From positions 1 to 64,000 of IMG/VR virus record IMGVR_UViG_3300033067_001009: a DNA stretch of 64,000 nt, one strand, 5' to 3'. Under the pieces are notes generated by a model. That model searched no databases. It worked only from the letters and a program-made list of their open reading frames with translations, and had not been told where the DNA came from. Shown here one piece after another: positions 28,824 to 40,400 of this stretch; position 1 is the stretch's first letter; each line of letters starts with the position of its first letter. The position numbers and the translations under genes were made by a program. The DNA is from a virus (Duplodnaviria > Caudoviricetes).

Positions 28824-29768
28824 ATGAAACGATTCATATACATACTAATGCTGGCAGCCGTGCTGCTGACGACGACCGTTCTCGGACAGAAACCGATCCA
28901 GACGGACTTCATCGGATTCCGAAAGACCGATCCGGCCACGTGCGGCAGGGTCGGTCTGAGGTATTTCAACACCACTGCGTTGCAGGAGCGAATGTGCATA
29001 TCTACGACCGGCTCCGGAACGTGGGTGGCTGCCGCCGCTCCGGACGGCTCCGGTCTCGACGCGTTCGGATTACCGAACATCGGCGCTCTGGGTACACGTG
29101 TGCGGATCACCGGCCAGCTGGCTGTCGGCAATAACGATGTCTACACCGTACCGGCAGGGTACCAGCTACTAACCCGCTATATATTCTACTGGGGAGTGTC
29201 GACCGGCTACTCAGTCTACTCCGGAGTAAAGGAAGCGTCGAACTACCGACGACTCAGCACGATCACCGCTGTCGGCGCTAACGCTGCCCGAGGGGACGCA
29301 TACGTATACGGAGCGGAGTCAGGTGAGGTGGTGTTCCTAAACAGCACGGTAATCAATGTCCGCTATCAGATTGACGGGTTTTTGATCCCGAACACCAGCC
29401 CTATCAATGTCGTCAGAGCTTGGCAGACAACTCAGACCGCAGCGACGGATACGCTTCTGTACACCGTACCGGCAGGAAAGACGGCTTTCTTCGTTGCGTT
29501 CGGTTCCGGTCTCTGGGTAGCCGGTGCAGGGTCGGTAGTAATTACCAACGACTCGGGTGTGTCCGGAACCGCCCAAGTGGGGTTTGTGCCGTCAGGGGGA
29601 ACCATCGGGGCGAGTTACTACGGCCTTCTGGGCGTTGCCAATAACACAGCGAGCCAAGCCGTTATGTCCACGATACCACCGTTTGGGCAAGCTGGAGATA
29701 AACTCTATTACCAGACATCGATCGCCAATGCGGGTCAGACCGCTTGGATTACGTTACTGGAGTTTTAA
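28824..29768 (+). CDS. signal-peptide-bearing fibre-like protein 1
   Basis: MKRFIYILMLAAVLLTTTVLG|Q; N-domain shared with the next gene. Confidence 0.75.
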   Translation: MKRFIYILMLAAVLLTTTVLGQKPIQTDFIGFRKTDPATCGRVGLRYFNTTALQERMCISTTGSGTWVAAAAPDGSGLDAFGLPNIGALGTRVRITGQLAVGNNDVYTVPAGYQLLTRYIFYWGVSTGYSVYSGVKEASNYRRLSTITAVGANAARGDAYVYGAESGEVVFLNSTVINVRYQIDGFLIPNTSPINVVRAWQTTQTAATDTLLYTVPAGKTAFFVAFGSGLWVAGAGSVVITNDSGVSGTAQVGFVPSGGTIGASYYGLLGVANNTASQAVMSTIPPFGQAGDKLYYQTSIANAGQTAWITLLEF

Positions 29769-30865
29769 TGAAGACATTGCTTCTGACAATTTTACTACTC
29801 AGCGCTGCTCTGGTCTACGGGCAACGCCCTACCCAGTCTGACTTCTTAGGATTCAGGGCTGTCGATCCTGTGCGCTGCTCGCGCATAGGTCTGAGATACT
29901 TCAACACGTTCACCGGAGTGACCAAGGTGTGCACCTCTGTCTCCGGCTCTGGTACTTGGTCACCTATATTGGTGAACGGAGCTAGTTACGGGCATCTGAT
30001 AGACCCCGCCTACGTACCGCTTGCTGGTGCCTTGAATGCGGATAACCTGTTCTCGGTTGCCAGCAACGACAACGTCCAGAACAATGCAGGGGTGATTACT
30101 ACCTCGAATCACTTCGTCGGCTCGGCGTTCGATCTAAAGATAACAGCCAGCGGAGCGGATAAGTGGTACTACGGTATGTACAACGCCATCCGAGTAGGCG
30201 GCAGTTACACCGGAAGTAATGGGTATATCTACGGAATTTACAATTCGGTAAACAACCGGCTAAATGTGACGGCCACTCCGAGAGTGTACGGCATATCATC
30301 CTCTATTAATTTGGAGGGCAGTGCGTTGGAAGCGGTTGCCGGAGACTTCGCGTCTTATCGTGGCAGCTCCAACACTAACCCGAAGTTCGTCGGTATTCGC
30401 TCTCAGGCAGCCAACGCTTATTCGGATGCGACAGAGATCACGGCAGGGGAGTTCTGGGCGAGAACCATCAACCCGTCATTCGCCCCTACCGCTACCTTGC
30501 TGAGATCGATCTGGGCGCACCAATCGTACGTGGCCGGCACGGTCGTGACCGCACGTGGGTTAGACATCAGCGGCTGGACTACGACTAACACCACGGTCAA
30601 CAACACAGCTGCGGTCTACATCGATAACTCCAGTAATATCGGGGTGACCAGTAATTACGCGATCCAGTCGGACTCAACCGCTCCCAGCTACTTTACCGGA
30701 AACGTCAGCGTATCCGGTACCGGAAAGTTCTACGTAACAACTCCGCAGACACCAGCCTCATCGTCAGCTGCGTGTACTACAGGTCAGCTCGCGTGGGACA
30801 CAGGATTCGTCTACGTTTGCGTAGGCACTAATACGTGGAAGCGATCAGCGCTGACCACTTGGTAA
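29768..30865 (+). CDS. signal-peptide-bearing fibre-like protein 2
   Basis: MKTLLLTILLLSAALVYG|Q; C-terminal PASSS...GQLAWDTGFVYVCVGTNTWKRSAL motif of phage fibres. Confidence 0.75.
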   Translation: MKTLLLTILLLSAALVYGQRPTQSDFLGFRAVDPVRCSRIGLRYFNTFTGVTKVCTSVSGSGTWSPILVNGASYGHLIDPAYVPLAGALNADNLFSVASNDNVQNNAGVITTSNHFVGSAFDLKITASGADKWYYGMYNAIRVGGSYTGSNGYIYGIYNSVNNRLNVTATPRVYGISSSINLEGSALEAVAGDFASYRGSSNTNPKFVGIRSQAANAYSDATEITAGEFWARTINPSFAPTATLLRSIWAHQSYVAGTVVTARGLDISGWTTTNTTVNNTAAVYIDNSSNIGVTSNYAIQSDSTAPSYFTGNVSVSGTGKFYVTTPQTPASSSAACTTGQLAWDTGFVYVCVGTNTWKRSALTTW

Positions 30866-30870
30866 ACTTT

Positions 30871-31452
30871 ATGAACCACAAATACACAGACGATCAACTA
30901 CTCACTAGAGTAGAGACAAAGGCCGAGGGGTTCACCGGTTGGAAAGCCGGTGTTTATGACATTTGGGTTAGGTCGACTGCCGACCTGCCGGACAAATTCG
31001 ATGACGTGGTATACACGTTCCTGTGCAGTCGTGACGGGGATCGACCGATATTCGTTATGAAATGCACCGGTACATCGAACGCCGGTAGCTTCGGACTGTT
31101 GCAATTCCGTACCTACAACAAGGACGGCTGCGCGGTGCTCAAGTCCGATTGCTTGGTCGAGCATTCCCACGCTTTCGGCTATCACAAGCAGAACCCGAAG
31201 AACCCAGCCTACGTTCAGGTCAAGGATTTCCCGTACTATCGGGACAACAATATGAACCTGAAAGCCGAGGAGATCGGTATCGAACGTCACGGACTGATCG
31301 GTGCCAACTGCCACAAGGCCGGTAAGTTCTCGACGATTATTTACAACTGGTCGGTCGCGTGTTTGGTTCGCAACGTACAGGCCGAGTTCGATGCGTGGTT
31401 GCTGTGGATGAACCACCGTCCGCTCTCGGTCTGCATCTTAAAAGAGTTCTAG
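30871..31452 (+). CDS. putative endolysin, L,D-transpeptidase (YkuD)-like
   Basis: GANCH-x-A...NWSVACLV resembles the His...SxxC catalytic motif; directly before a holin-like gene. Confidence 0.55.
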   Translation: MNHKYTDDQLLTRVETKAEGFTGWKAGVYDIWVRSTADLPDKFDDVVYTFLCSRDGDRPIFVMKCTGTSNAGSFGLLQFRTYNKDGCAVLKSDCLVEHSHAFGYHKQNPKNPAYVQVKDFPYYRDNNMNLKAEEIGIERHGLIGANCHKAGKFSTIIYNWSVACLVRNVQAEFDAWLLWMNHRPLSVCILKEF

Positions 31453-31455
31453 GAG

Positions 31456-31773
31456 GTGCCAGTGGCTTTTCTACAAACATTATTCGTACTGTCGGTATCG
31501 ACATTCGTACCATTATTGATTTATGCAATAACAAAATGCAAGGCCGAGTTTGATCCTGTATCATTCCTATGGTACAGCCGGACACGCCTTGTGTTGACCG
31601 TTACCATCCTGCTGATACTGGCGGGAGCAATAACCTACGACGAGGCTTGGGTCAAGATGATCCTATCTTACGTCGGATTCGACGTTGGAACTACGACCAC
31701 CGGAATCGGTCTCGCTCTCAGCGGGTTGCTGATCTCCGGCATTCGTGGCAACAACGACAAGGAGGAACAATGA
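31456..31773 (+). CDS. putative holin
   Basis: Three hydrophobic segments, charged C-terminus, GGAGG RBS. Confidence 0.65.
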   Translation: MPVAFLQTLFVLSVSTFVPLLIYAITKCKAEFDPVSFLWYSRTRLVLTVTILLILAGAITYDEAWVKMILSYVGFDVGTTTTGIGLALSGLLISGIRGNNDKEEQ

Positions 31774-32279
31774 GACAATTAATCTGTATTCTGCTGATCG
31801 CGTGTACACTGTTGTACGGGTCGGCGTGTAACTCAAAGTCGACCGTCGATTATGTCGCCAAGGCCAACGTCCGGTTATCGAACCTGACGTTTCGTTTCGG
31901 TCAGGCTCTGAACCAAGCAGCTGCGGAGGGACGACTGTCTCCGGCGACCAAGCTGGAGTACGCCAACGGGCTGCAAGCCGTGATCGACGGAGGCACACAG
32001 GTAACGCTGGCGCTGGAGGGGCTGGTCGCCAAGTATCCGGACGGGAACATACCGTCAGCGGAGCTACGTAAGATTGACTTTCTTTTCAGCGATGTCGTCG
32101 TTACACCGGTACTGTCGCTGCTAACCAAAGTCCATCTCATTACGCAGGATACTCAGGACTATCTGCTGATCGCCATCACGGCAGTCAAAGTCCTCGTGTT
32201 GGAGGTGGCATCGAGACTCGGTAAGAACTCAGTAAGCTATTACCGAGTGTACGGAAAGGAGGCACTAACCAATGGCTGA
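31770..32279 (+). CDS. lipoprotein, spanin candidate
   Basis: MRQLICILLIACTLLYGSA|C lipobox-like signal. Confidence 0.55.
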   Translation: MRQLICILLIACTLLYGSACNSKSTVDYVAKANVRLSNLTFRFGQALNQAAAEGRLSPATKLEYANGLQAVIDGGTQVTLALEGLVAKYPDGNIPSAELRKIDFLFSDVVVTPVLSLLTKVHLITQDTQDYLLIAITAVKVLVLEVASRLGKNSVSYYRVYGKEALTNG

Positions 32280-32463
32280 CACACGAATAACCACGGCTGC
32301 AAGGGACGATCTCGTGTTCTGGCTCCGGCGACTCGCGTTGCTGGTCGAGCAGGATCGGGTACAGGCAGAGGAGATTAAAGGTCTTACTCTGCCGCAATTA
32401 GTCGAGCTGGCGAAAGGAAACTGGAACGCAGCTCAAGGCGAAGTTGACAAGTTGAAATCGTAG
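32272..32463 (+). CDS. small hypothetical protein
   Basis: GGAGG RBS; coupled to the upstream gene. Confidence 0.6.
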   Translation: MADTRITTAARDDLVFWLRRLALLVEQDRVQAEEIKGLTLPQLVELAKGNWNAAQGEVDKLKS

Positions 32464-32505
32464 GAACGGTTTTTGCAACTCCCTCGGAGGAGGCTACAAA
32501 CTACA

Positions 32506-32922
32506 ATGAACAGATTAAACGAGAGAGAAGTATCGTTCTCGGGTTATAACGTACCGATTCCCGCTCCCGCTGCTGTAAATCCGAGTGTACATAAGCAAAA
32601 AGAAAAAGGACGGGCGTGGTTACGAAACAGGTTGCTGGATTTGAATTTCATAGGTATGACTACAACTAACAACAAACCTAGCGGTTTCTTCGTAAACTAC
32701 ACGACCATCACGGTAGTCATCGCTATCGTAATGTCGCTCGGCACATTGATCGGTGGGCTGTACAAGTACACCTACGATGTTGCGTACCAAAAGGGTGTCA
32801 CCGATACCAAGCAGACTCAGCTGCAACAGGAGATCGAAGCGCTCAAATTGAAACAAGCGGAGACAGAGCAGCGGCTCCCGCAAGCTACTCCCGAACCGAC
32901 CGTTGCGAAAACTAAAAAATAG
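32506..32922 (+). CDS. membrane-anchored coiled-coil protein (start may be 32656)
   Basis: One TM segment followed by a coiled coil. Confidence 0.55.
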   Translation: MNRLNEREVSFSGYNVPIPAPAAVNPSVHKQKEKGRAWLRNRLLDLNFIGMTTTNNKPSGFFVNYTTITVVIAIVMSLGTLIGGLYKYTYDVAYQKGVTDTKQTQLQQEIEALKLKQAETEQRLPQATPEPTVAKTKK

Positions 32923-32933
32923 GAGATAAGATC

Positions 32934-34472
32934 GTGGGCATCTTGAAAGACATCTTGAGTATGATACAGCCGAAAACTTCCCCCCTCGCACGGTGGCAGA
33001 ACGGTACACCTCCGTCCGTCACCGGCAACCCTTTGGGGGATGAAGACCAAGACCCCAACGATGCCGACGATCAGACTCCGCTCCCGAGAATCAAAATTCC
33101 GGATGACGAGCAGACCAATCCGGTCACGTGGCAGACGAAGTTGCCCCCCGTGAGTGTCGACACTCAAAGCACCGATCCGAGTAAAGCGTCAGGTGAGGCT
33201 GGTATGGCTCCGACCGAGGATGTTCCGACCCCACTCGTGCCGCACCCGTTTCCGACGAATCTGATTCCGCAGGTACAGGGCAGAGCACAAACACCTGTAC
33301 CGATGCCATCACTGAATCAGAACGAGTACAGCACCAAGGCTCCGATAACCATTCCGGTACCGGCGCTCAATCCGAACCAGCAGACCGACAGCAAGCAGCG
33401 TCCGACCAGATTGCCTGTTTATCGTAACCGTCTGGAGGAAGCGATCAATGCGCGGAACCAGCTGAACACAGTGAACCCGCGCGATCTCGACCGTAATCCT
33501 GACAGCAAGCTGACGAACATCGGCAAGGCTATCGCGTTGAATCTGCCGAATCTACAACAAGCGCTATTGAACCCTAACCTTACAGACAGGGAAGCGTTTA
33601 TGACTACCCTCGGGTCTCTTATCGGATCGACAGTCAGCGGACTGGTCAATCCGTACGGAGATGAGCGGCAACAGCTTGAGTACCAGAAGTCACAAGCCGA
33701 AAAGGACGTGACGGAAGCGCAGGGTATGTACGACAAGAATCTGGCGAACGAGCTGGGGGAAGCCAGAGTCGACGACATCTACACCAAGCAGGACGAACGG
33801 GAGCGCCGTCTCGACCAGCGGGATGTAGACCTGAAAAACAAGAAATTCGATTTCGCCACTCGCCGGATGAACGCATACACGAACCTGCTCAAGACAGGGC
33901 AGCTCGATGCCAAGGACAATCAAGAGCTGGTCGACTCGATGTCTGACTTGGTCGACGCGAAGATCGTTCTGAACGGATTCAATCCGGCGAAAGATAAGAT
34001 CGTCGGTGTTAAGGTCGTGGCCGATGCCCAGAACAATCGGGCATACTTGGTGACGACCAACGCCGGAGGTGTCGTCAAGACCGACTACGTACGTGACGAG
34101 AACGGCAACATCGCGTACATCAAAGACCCGAGGGTCAAGGCCGAGGAGATCAGATCGCAGACCAGTCTCGAAACGACCAAGCAGCGGATTATGTCTTCCG
34201 AGAAGCTCAAGGCTATGGAGATCACCAGCCGTGAGAAGCTCGCGCAGATGGGTATCACTCAGAAAGAGATCGACGGTGTGCAGGATGATTTCTACATCGA
34301 GTACAAGGCGACCGACGAGGATGCCGTCATCGAACGCTCAGCGAAAAAGGCCGGTAAAGACCCGCAGACCTTGACACAGGACGAGCGTGATGTAATACTC
34401 GAATCGTACTACGACACTGTCCGTGAGCGGATCGCCAAGAACCGAGGTCTCAAAACAAAAGGAACTAAATAG
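32934..34472 (+). CDS. putative internal virion/ejection protein
   Basis: 512 aa, Pro-rich N-terminus then helical; abuts the giant gene. Confidence 0.6.
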   Translation: MGILKDILSMIQPKTSPLARWQNGTPPSVTGNPLGDEDQDPNDADDQTPLPRIKIPDDEQTNPVTWQTKLPPVSVDTQSTDPSKASGEAGMAPTEDVPTPLVPHPFPTNLIPQVQGRAQTPVPMPSLNQNEYSTKAPITIPVPALNPNQQTDSKQRPTRLPVYRNRLEEAINARNQLNTVNPRDLDRNPDSKLTNIGKAIALNLPNLQQALLNPNLTDREAFMTTLGSLIGSTVSGLVNPYGDERQQLEYQKSQAEKDVTEAQGMYDKNLANELGEARVDDIYTKQDERERRLDQRDVDLKNKKFDFATRRMNAYTNLLKTGQLDAKDNQELVDSMSDLVDAKIVLNGFNPAKDKIVGVKVVADAQNNRAYLVTTNAGGVVKTDYVRDENGNIAYIKDPRVKAEEIRSQTSLETTKQRIMSSEKLKAMEITSREKLAQMGITQKEIDGVQDDFYIEYKATDEDAVIERSAKKAGKDPQTLTQDERDVILESYYDTVRERIAKNRGLKTKGTK

Positions 34473-37400
34473 ATGTTCGATGAAGAAGCTGTAAACGCCG
34501 CTGCCAACGCACTCCTGAAAATGTCGCCACAAACCGAGGCGACATTTTCTGCACCTGACGTTGTCCCCGAACCTGTTCCGGAGCCGACCCCTGTTCCGCA
34601 GCCGGAGCCTATGCCGCCGATTCCCCAGAACAATGACGATGAGGAGGATGTACAGACCCGTACAAAACGAATCGCCAAGCGGGAGGGTGTCGACCCGAAG
34701 CTCATTCTGGCGATGATGGCGAAAGAATCTTCCGGTAAAAAGAAAGCACGGTCTTGGGCTAACGCCAAGGGCTATATGCAGGTCACTCCTGACAAGATCA
34801 AGACGTACTACAAAGAGAACCCCAACGCTGATCCATACGATGCGGAGGCGAACATCACGGCAGGTGTCCGGTATATGAAGCGGCTGCTCAAACGGTACGG
34901 GGGAGACGTACGTAAGGCTCTCGCTGCGTACAACGCCGGAGAGAAGCAAGCTCTCGACCGTCCGGACTGGGAGAAGTATGCCGAGACGTGGTCGAACGAC
35001 AAAGAGGTGCAAGCCGGTCGTAAGCCCCGTGGCAAATCTGACCCGACCAACACGCTGAACTACGTCAACCATATTTACAGCAACTACAAGTCCGGAAAGA
35101 CGTTCACGGATGTCGGATACCAGATCGACGACGAAGCGGTCAACGCAGCGGCTAATGCGCTGAAAAATATGCCGCCGCCCAAGGTCGACGAGGATGCTAT
35201 AAACGCAGCGGCAGCAGCACTGAGCAAGAGCCAACCTCCGGCGACTACCATCACACCGACCGAGGGTACGACCCCGACTCCGGAGACCTACCCCCGAACA
35301 GACGTTCAAGGGTTCGACAAACAAGGCAATCCGGCGACCGTCGCCAAGTTCGGTGATACCCCTATCCCACCAGTTACACCTACGAGTGTCGACACTCAAA
35401 CGGATGACGCACTGCCGGAAGTAGCGCAGAAGACTGAGGGTATTACGAACCCTCCCGAGTTCGAGTTCTGGGACAAGACCACCGGCCAACAGTTCTGGGT
35501 CGATCCGGATCGCAAGGGTTTGAAAGATAGTCAGATACGGTTGCTGCCGGTTCCGAACGTAGTCAAGACTCCGGAGGATAAAGCCAAGCAGGACAACACT
35601 CCGCGCATTATCGAGAAAGACCCTGACGGTAACTACTACTTCGTACAGACCGGACAGGTTGCCACCAAGCAGCCGACAGTAGTTCAGAAAGTACGAAAGG
35701 TACCGACCAAAGTACCGGTATCTCAACCATCCGGCGACGGGCAGATACGCTCCCCTCTCGAAGAGTTGAAGACGACGGGACAGACCAAACTCGGCTCGGC
35801 AACCGTAAAAATGGTCGGGCAACCGGACGGGGATACCATCAAGGTCGAGGATGAAGACGGGGAGACCTATAAGATCGACGCGAAGACTGGTGATGTCGAG
35901 GACGAGTCGATGGCCGAGGTTGCCGATACGTTTAGTTTCAATCGAGTCCCGCTCAATCTGCGCCCGACTACTTCACTTGAGGATGCCAAGACACAGGCTA
36001 CCTATCAGATAGCCTCACAGATGAAGAGTAAGTACGGTATCGCCGTGCAGGACTTCGCTGCTTGGCAAGCCAATAAAGGGTTCATTGACTTCGATACCAA
36101 AGGCGAAGCAAACCCTGACTCGTTCTACCAGCCGTACACTACTGACGAGTCGACCCCCAGCACCGAGCTGGGCAAGTCCCTGCTGACGACCAACACGTAC
36201 TCCATCACCCGACGGGAGATGGCAGAGCTGCAACAGTTCTCAGCTCGACAATCTAAAGCACGTGAGGATGCCGTCTTACAGATGATCGCCAGCGGTCAGT
36301 TCCCGACCCCCGAAACACTCAATCGTCTGGAGGTCGATCTGGCGAAGATCGCCAACGACCGGCGTGACGATTATATGATGGCGCGAGAGAAGCAAGCCGT
36401 ATCTCTGGAAGACTTCGACCGCTTCAAACGCGAGAGCTATATGCGCGGGATGGACGACTACGAGGCATCGATCACTGCCGGAACCAAGCTCGGATGGTAC
36501 ACCGACAAGTTCGCCCAGACCGAGTTGGAGAACTGGAGAAAAGAAAAGCTGAATGCCCAGTCACGGGTCGACGCAGCTTACGGAGGAGACCAGAACCCCG
36601 ACAACGCAGTACGCATTCAGCTGGAGAAACGGGCAGCCGTGGGTGTGTTGCAGCAGCGAGCGCAGCAGTTCGGTACGATCACCAATCTGGTAAACATCCG
36701 TCTCAAAATGCAGCAGGAGGAAGCTGCCGCCAAGCAAGCCATCGAGGATCGGATGAATCAACTGTGGGGAGGAGGTACACTACCCAGTCTTGCTTATTTT
36801 GGAGAGGCTACCAAGAACGTAGTATTCAATTTCGGTAAGGGGCTGTACTCTACTGTCATCAGCGATATGGTGAAAGGCGCGGTCACTATCACCAAACCAA
36901 TCGCAGACGGTGCAAGTATGCTGCTCGGTGTCGAGGGTACACGCAATCTAAACGTGTCCGACAACATCGTGTACAGGGCTATGCAGACCGTCGACGACTT
37001 TGTCGACAAGGCCAAACCCAGCACCAACGACGACTTCCGACAGACCGACAGCCCTGCCGGATTCTTCGTGTCCGACATTCCGCAGGGAGTAGCCTCCAGT
37101 CTCGGGTTCCTACTGCCGTCCGTGTCTAAGTATCCGAGGGTGGCTATTGCCTTGTACTCGACGGTCGGTATGGTTTCCAACGGGTACGAAGAAGCCAAGG
37201 CAGCCGGTGCGGACGAGATCGATGCCCAGCGCTACGGCATTGTCTCTGGTGGTCTACTCGGATGGACTGAGATATTCGGATCAAGCGAAGCTCTTATTAG
37301 ATTGAACCGAGGAAGTGGCGGGGCGTTGTGGCGGCAGTTCCTTAAGAAAGCATTTGCCGAGGCTGCGAAAGAAGTTCCGGAGGAAATCTTTCAGGAGGGT

Positions 37401-40400
37401 GTGCAGACTATCGGGTCGAACGCTCTTGCGAGATTGACGTACGATCCTAATAGGGAATTAGACAGAGGGTTAGGCAGAGCTATGCTGGCTGCCGGATTCA
37501 GCGCAGGTTTGGTATCGACCGGAGTCACGCTACTCAACACTGTCAGGTATTCCAGACAGATCAAAACTGCGTTAGCGGCCGACCGTGCGAACGGTATCGA
37601 GACCTTGCGTAACTTCGGAAATGGTAACGTGTACCTGTACGGAAAGAAGATCACTGTCACCGACGAGATTCAGCCGCTGATCGACAAGCACACCGAGCTG
37701 CACGACCGCATCACGACAGCGTACAAGCTGATGGATCGGTTGAAGACGGAAGCACAAACCGTGCCGCTCGAAAAACGAGCCGAGTTTTACAAGCTGATTC
37801 AGGACATCGCCAAGAACACAGCCAAGGATGTTGTCGAACAACGCAACACGGCACAGGCTATCTTGGATCGCACCAACCCAACCAAACCGGACATCGTCGA
37901 TACGATGACTCCGGAGCAGGTAGCCGAGGTTCGTGAGGAACCGGTGCCGCCGCCCGTCGCTGCGGTCGAGGAAGAACAGAAGAAGTACATCGTTGTCGAG
38001 CCGATCAACAAGCCCGAAGAGAAAGGGCAGGGTACGTTCGTAGACAATGCTGCCGACATCGAGCAGTCCGGTGTGCCGGAACCGATCTTCAAAGGGGCGT
38101 TGCCGACCGGTGCCGCTCCGGTCGATACGAACCCAGTTCAGGAAACCGCTCCGGAACCTGCGAGTGTCGACACTCAAGGCTACACGTACGATCCGAACAG
38201 CCCGACACCGTGGCGTGATTTCGTGGAATCCAAAGGTCACAAGTTCAGGGACATCAAAGCAACCAGTCCCGAGTATCCGGCTCTGCGTGACGAGTTCAAC
38301 AAACTCAAGGAAGCGCACACGGACATAGCTCCGGCGACCGAGCCTGTTCAGGAAGACCCGAAACCGATGACTCCACGTCCGACCCAGACACAGACGGAGT
38401 ATATACAGAAATACGTCGGACTACACGGTGATCTGTTTGCCGACGCTGCACAAGCCGCAGCAGACGAGCACTATGCTGTGGTTAAAGAACACGTAAAGAA
38501 CGGGGGTACTATTACCAAAAAGGTGTACGACTCAATGCAGCCGCGACACCAACGTCATTTCGACCAGCATTACAACTCCCGAGGGGATAAGATCACTGCT
38601 AACGCTTCTATCAGTTCAACGACGGCGACCAAGCCGTACCACGTCAGTGTCGGAGATGTTATCCAAGTCGATCTTCCTCACGGAACCCACACTATGAAAG
38701 TGACGGACGTGGACGGTCGAATGGTGCACGGTCTAAAGTCCGACGCAGACGGCAACACTGTGAAAGAGCGCATCAGTGTCGAGCTGGGCGAGCACAAGGT
38801 GACCAACCTGTCGGCTCCTGAGACCAAGCTCGGCGGGGTGGACAACGCTAGCATCGTCGACGACGGCAAACTGCCCAACTCGCAGTCGGTAAAAGCTGGG
38901 GACAGTATCACGTACGGCAATCAGAAAGCCACGGTCGTCAAGGTCACGAACAAGACCGTCGTTGTTCAGCACGATGGAGACACCAAGACACGCACCATCA
39001 AGAAAGATACGTTCGATGCTTTGCCGGTCGTCAACCACACGGGTCAAGCAGAGGCCGACCAACTGACGCACGGCCGAGAGTTCGGCACCAGCACAGCCAC
39101 TCCGGAAGAGGCTGCCGACCGGCAGTGGGAACAGGTGCAGGAAGAGGAGGCCAAGTCACAGCCTGTCCAACCCAGACTGGACGGAGTCGAGACTAAAGAA
39201 TCTCCGGAGAATATGGAACCGCACGCTAACGGGGCGACTCCTCTGGAGACGTGGGCAAAGGACAACCCTGACGCTGTACGCGACATCGACACGCAGTACC
39301 CAGCTCCGACCGAGGACGAGATGACAATCGTTAAGCTGTTTGATGATCCCGAGAGCGTCGAGAACTGGGAGAAGTCTCCGGCAGCGTTGTTGAAGATGTT
39401 GCAGAAGCACGATCTGTTGGACGGACTGACAATGTCTGAGGTATCCGACGATCTCAAAGAGGATTTGAAAGAGGCCGAGGATGCAGAAGAACGCCAGCAG
39501 ATGAAGCTGGATTATATAACGGAGCAGCTCGGGTACGAGAGCAATCCGTTCGGGGACAAGTACGAAGCTCGCTGGCAAGCGTTGTACGACCGGTACACGG
39601 AGATATACAACCGCAACCAGCAGCAAGGTACGGCCACGGAAGTTGCCGCCGAGGAGGCACCGGTATCGGAAGAACCGGCAGCCAAGTTCTATGAGGGCGA
39701 CGAGGTTACACTCAAGGACGGAACGGATGCGGTCGTCTCCTCGGTGCTGCCTGACGGCAAGCTGGAGGTCGAGATGCCGGACGGCACACTCGAAACGGTA
39801 CCGATCTCCTCCGTCAAGCCGCAGGTCGAAGAGAACACGGCACCCACGTCCGTCAGCCCCGAGGCATCGATCTACGATCACGACGAGCTGGAAGCCCGTA
39901 TGGATCAGCTGTACAAGGACACTTATCTGGACACTCAGGGTCTGGAGACGATGTACCGTCTGCTGATGTCCGGCCAGCACGACAAGCTCAACGAGTTGCT
40001 GACTCTGATCGAGACCGGCATCGCCCAGACCTCGTATATGGCGAGCGAAAAGCAGCTCAAGAATATCAAGGGCAAGGTCACGGCGAACATCAGAGCGCTG
40101 CTGCGCCTGATCGGTGAGCAGATGTACAAGGGCGACATCGTCGAGATCAACGTCAAGGAAGCGTTTCAGAACTCGTTCGATGCGGTCAAGGCTGCGGTCG
40201 AGAAAGGCTTGATTACCAATCCACAAATCAAGATTGCGCTCGACCAATCTAACCGCACTCTGACGGTGACCGACAACGGTATCGGGATGAACAAGAAAAT
40301 CATTCTGGAATCGTTCTTGGTGATTGCCGGAAGCAGCAAGGAAAACACCGACCCGTCCGGAGGTTTCGGAATGGCGAAAGCCCCGCTGCTGTTCGGTAAC

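Noticed and set aside
34338-35822. Long antisense ORFs (494 aa here; also 39156-40466, 10658-11764, 49436-50407)
   Set aside because: They are shadows of well-supported genes on the other strand, expected from codon bias, with no motifs or RBS.
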